A DNA stretch of 20,000 nt, from positions 55,941 through 75,940 of the forward strand of contig JBBIQV010000010.1 in NCBI GenBank assembly GCA_037442105.1. The letters are read 5' to 3'. The DNA is from Nitrospiraceae bacterium. Its GTDB lineage: Bacteria > Nitrospirota > Nitrospiria > Nitrospirales > Nitrospiraceae. The notes beneath the pieces are model-generated. The model saw nothing but the letters and a program-made list of their open reading frames with translations, searched no databases and was not told where the DNA came from. Below are positions 17,624 through 20,000 of the stretch, one piece after another. The position numbers were made by a program, and so were the translations under genes. Position 1 is the stretch's first letter. The number at the start of each line of letters is the position of its first letter.

Positions 17624-18856
17624 ATGCGACATCTCCTTCTCATCTGTGCAGCGGCCTGGTTCGTTCTTGCTCTGTCCGGCTGCGGCGTGGCCTATACCAT
17701 CGTCAAGTCGGAAGCCAAGCTGGACCGGCTCTCGGTGCCGATGACAAAGAACCAAGTCATCGATGAGATCGGCCGGCCGGACCGTGTCCTGCGCGATGAC
17801 GGCCGGGTACTCATCTGGGAATATTCCCTCACCACCCGCAAACAATGGCTGTATGAACTGGCCCTCTGTCCTCTGTCCGTATGGGTCGGCGGCTGCGTGA
17901 TCTATCCGTTCACCAACGTTGCGGCTGAGCATCAACGCGAATATCCGTATCATGTCGTGCTCGTCGAAGACCAGCTCTGTGCCTGGGGCCCGCCGCTGGC
18001 GATTCTACAGAAACGAAAGTCCTGCACGACGCCTGGTTCCGCCCTCGCCGGCGCAGCCCGCGGTGTGGCGTCTCCACCACGTCCGGAGCCGCTCGTCACC
18101 GGCCTGGGCCCGATCAATCGGGCTACGGCAGATCGTTACAAGACGATGGCGGTGATGTTCTTCGAGGATGCACCAGGAGTTCCCGGAACGGGATCTCGCG
18201 TGGCGGGAATGGTGACGACGCTGCTGCTCGATCTGGACATCAACATAGTCGAGCGAACCAAGCTCGAACAGGTGCTGAAGGAACAAGTCTTGCGGTTGGA
18301 ACATGCGGATGACAGCGATGCCCTGCATGTCGGCAAACTGGTCGGCGCAAACGCCATTGTGGTGGGCGAAGTGCAGCAATGGGAGACGCAAGAGGCCGAT
18401 CGGCTTGGGAGGGCGTCGCTCTCGTTGAGAATGATCGATGTGGAAACCGGCCTGCTGCTCTTCAGCGGCGAAGGACACGTGACGGATACGACCGGAGACG
18501 ATCCGGAGAACCTGGCGCGCCTGATCGCCCATCGAATTCTGGCTCGCTTCGGGGCGCAGACCGGCCTGTTGGGGAGCGGCTACATCGGCGTGAACTGGGA
18601 ACTCCGCGATGTGAAAGGCTCGCGCGTCTATGTGGTCCGGGAGGTACGCAGCGGATCGGCGGCGGAGAGGGCCGGGCTCAAAGTCGGCGATCGAGTGGTG
18701 GCCTGCAACGGGGCCGCTTTGGCGAATGTGACAACCGAACAGGCGGCGAAGCGCCTCTGCCAAGTCGAGGCGGGGCAGGTGTTGCAGCTCGATGTGCGGC
18801 GAGCCGACCAGCCGATGGAAATGGTGATCACAGCCGAGAAGCGTCCGGGGCTGTGA
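17624..18856 (+). CDS. Lipoprotein with SmpA/BamE-like N-terminal motif, CsgG/HfaB-like domain and C-terminal PDZ domain
   Basis: Lipobox LALSG-C; MTKNQVIDEIGRPD...WEY. CsgG-like IVERTKLEQVLKEQ...VGKLVGANAIVVG...LRMIDVETG. PDZ GYIGV...GSAAERAGLKVGDRVVACNG. Confidence 0.85.
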   Translation: MRHLLLICAAAWFVLALSGCGVAYTIVKSEAKLDRLSVPMTKNQVIDEIGRPDRVLRDDGRVLIWEYSLTTRKQWLYELALCPLSVWVGGCVIYPFTNVAAEHQREYPYHVVLVEDQLCAWGPPLAILQKRKSCTTPGSALAGAARGVASPPRPEPLVTGLGPINRATADRYKTMAVMFFEDAPGVPGTGSRVAGMVTTLLLDLDINIVERTKLEQVLKEQVLRLEHADDSDALHVGKLVGANAIVVGEVQQWETQEADRLGRASLSLRMIDVETGLLLFSGEGHVTDTTGDDPENLARLIAHRILARFGAQTGLLGSGYIGVNWELRDVKGSRVYVVREVRSGSAAERAGLKVGDRVVACNGAALANVTTEQAAKRLCQVEAGQVLQLDVRRADQPMEMVITAEKRPGL

Positions 18857-18857
18857 G

Positions 18858-19306
18858 ATGGAATGGGCTGGCCCACTAGCCGAAGTTCTGACCGACCTTC
18901 TCGCCGATTTCAACCGCTGGGGTGTCGATTGCGCGTTGGCGGGTGGGCCTTCAGCGTCCTTGTTGAACCGCGAGCGACCGCCGGTATTGATCTTCTGATC
19001 CTGCTCGATCATCCGTCTCGCGAATCGATTCAGTCGATGTTAGCCCGCATTATTCAGTGCGCTTCTGCTGCAAAGACCAAGGAGCGAGTAGCTGGTAGCG
19101 AACAGCGAGCAGCTTGTCGATCTACATTTCTGAGCTATTTACTATCAGCTATTAGCTATTCGCTGCCGGCTTCGTTTGCGACGAACCGTCATGAATAATG
19201 CGGGCTGGCGGATCTCGAAAAGATCGAAGCGCGGAAAAACGAACTCCAAATCGACTGGGACTACGTTATACAGTGGAAAGCCAGGCTCGGACTGGAGAAG
19301 CAGTAG
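18858..19306 (+). pseudogene. Disrupted nucleotidyltransferase (Pol-beta-like, DUF6036/AbiEii-related) gene
   Basis: Frame A from ATG 18858 reads MEWAGPLAEVLTDLLADFNRWGVDCAL. After a frameshift near 18936-18944, frame B reads GGWAFSVLVEPRATAGIDLLILLD (GGxA...PRxTxDID motif, first Asp mutated to Gly). After the MITE: LADLEKIEARKNELQIDWDYVIQWKARLGLEKQ* (19205-19306). Confidence 0.8.
19042..19206. mobile_element. MITE-A: 165-bp non-autonomous element with internal heptamer hairpin
   Basis: Perfect 15-bp terminal inverted repeats AGCCCGCATTATTCA (19042-19056) / TGAATAATGCGGGCT (19192-19206). Internal arms are AGCGAGT-AGCTGGT-AGCGAAC-AGCGAGC and GCTATTT-ACTATCA-GCTATTA-GCTATTC-GCTGCCG. It interrupts a gene; no clear target-site duplication. 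Confidence 0.78.
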
Positions 19307-19371
19307 GGGCGGCCTTCTGCAAGAGAACTTCTTGGGGGGACCCGGTAGAGAAGGTGAGAAAGTCAGAGGGG

Positions 19372-19537
19372 GGCTAACGAGTCTGTAGAAAAAGCCTATT
19401 TCCGAAAATTCGACCATTGAAAACAAAGGAGTTTCTGTGTCGAGATTTTCAAAACTTTGGGTTTTTCTACAGTCTCAACGGTCCGGTTCAGCGGCGGCAC
19501 GCTGCCTTTGCGCGTCGGCTCAAACCGGTTGTTTGGC
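19372..19537 (-). other. Integron attC recombination site (65 bp when reconstructed), interrupted by MITE-B
   Basis: Minus strand without the insert: R'' GCCAAAC, AACCG, L'' GTTTGAGC, 25-nt core CGACGCGC...GCGTGCCGCC, L' GCTGAAC, CGGACC, R' GTTAGCC. This is the canonical 7-5-8-n-7-6-7 spacing. It lies 33 bp downstream of a co-oriented ORF. Confidence 0.78.
19379..19476. mobile_element. MITE-B: 98-bp element inserted in attC with 3-bp AAC/GTT duplication
   Basis: Terminal inverted repeats GAGTCTGTAGAAAAAGCC / GAGACTGTAGAAAAACCC (16/18). An inner inverted pair GAAAATTCGAC / GTCGAGATTTTC is present. AAC flanks both sides (19376-19378, 19477-19479). Confidence 0.85.
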
Positions 19538-19570
19538 CACATTTGGTAGGGTTGTCACGCGATTCTTTTC

Positions 19571-19946
19571 TCACCCGGTTGTGCGGATGGTTTTATTGAC
19601 TCCTGATTTAAGCCACTCAACACAGGTTTCAAGACAATCCGTCCAGTCGTCGTTGACGCGCATTGCAACAGGTTGGAATTTGAAAATCTTCCCGGTATCT
19701 TTAGGGTCCGGAATGAACCAATTGGCAACTGTATAGAAGAACCTGCCCCAGTCGTTCGTAGAAGGGTGAAGGGATACTGCGATGACATCAAATTCGCCAA
19801 AACGATATGGCCGAGTATCATTTCCCTCACTGTCTTTCCCGCCACGAGTCTTCTGTGTCTCGACAACCCACATTTCAGAGGCTGAACCGAACAGTTTTTT
19901 GTTCGCTTCGATTGCGCGCATAGGCTGTTTATTCTTCATACGCTGC
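19571..19946 (-). pseudogene. 3' part of a PD-(D/E)XK restriction-endonuclease-like gene cassette, 5'-truncated by IS insertion
   Basis: Open for 124 codons (QRMKNKQPM...WVVETQKTRGG...TRPYRFGEFDVIAVSLHP...). Its YxxxEFDxxAV segment resembles PD-(D/E)XK nuclease C-terminal strands. More AT-rich than the host genes. The ORF-track TTG start lies inside the IS end. Confidence 0.55.
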
Positions 19947-20000
19947 CAGTAGTGTCCCAACGTTACTCAAACAAATTCAATTGGTTGCTGGCTTCTGATG
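19947..20000 (-). mobile_element. Right end of a probable IS4-family element (terminal IR plus transposase C-terminus)
   Basis: A minus-strand frame (19998-19963) ends ...SEASNQLNLFE*. It is followed immediately by CGTTGGGACACTACTG, i.e. a 5'-CAGTAGTGTCCCAA terminus. I recognise this arrangement from DUF4372-type IS4 transposases; only 54 bp are visible. Confidence 0.6.

Noticed and set aside
18982..19045. Possible second attC beginning GGCTAAC on the minus strand (19045-19039), complementary to the GTTAGCC start of the cassette
   Set aside because: No GTT at the expected R' position (it reads AATACCG). The motif is explained by the junction of NTase coding sequence with the MITE-A terminal repeat.
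19083..19171. Heptamer arrays as CRISPR repeats
   Set aside because: Units are 7 bp with no unique spacers, and there are no cas genes in the window.
19145..19885. Short ORFs 19145-19426, 19176-19388, 19417-19599, 19437-19736, 19555-19866 and 19673-19885
   Set aside because: They run across MITE or attC sequence, or overlap the nuclease remnant in other frames; no protein-like motifs.

Overview
GC-rich bacterial chromosomal window, most likely Nitrospirota (Nitrospira-like). This is inferred from the combination of Pup, SmbP and a multiheme cytochrome c in a diderm-type gene set. Bases 1-18856 are mostly housekeeping or conserved genes, in order: the 3' end of an H+/Na+-pyrophosphatase, a stand-alone pup (GGE end), recJ, rel, an MscS-cNMP channel, DUF192, a small Zn-ribbon protein, a signal-peptide flavodoxin/WrbA-like protein, bfd with a Fur box, pepF, two unknown genes, a TPR protein, an HDAC / pentaheme cytochrome c / rhodanese operon, smbP, a C-N hydrolase, yqgE/algH and a CsgG-PDZ lipoprotein. 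The last ~1.1 kb looks like the decayed tail of an integron cassette array, which the ORF track does not reveal. It holds an attC site (19372-19537, minus strand) split exactly at its GTT crossover triplet by a 98-bp MITE, a PD-(D/E)XK-like nuclease cassette cut by an IS4-type element, and an inverted nucleotidyltransferase pseudogene broken by a second, 165-bp MITE. That second MITE carries a hairpin with 7-bp periodicity. Degenerate ends of the same element also bracket the flavodoxin gene (7112-8007), and similar heptamer hairpins or arrays recur at several gene boundaries. All family assignments come from motif recognition by eye; no database searches were run.
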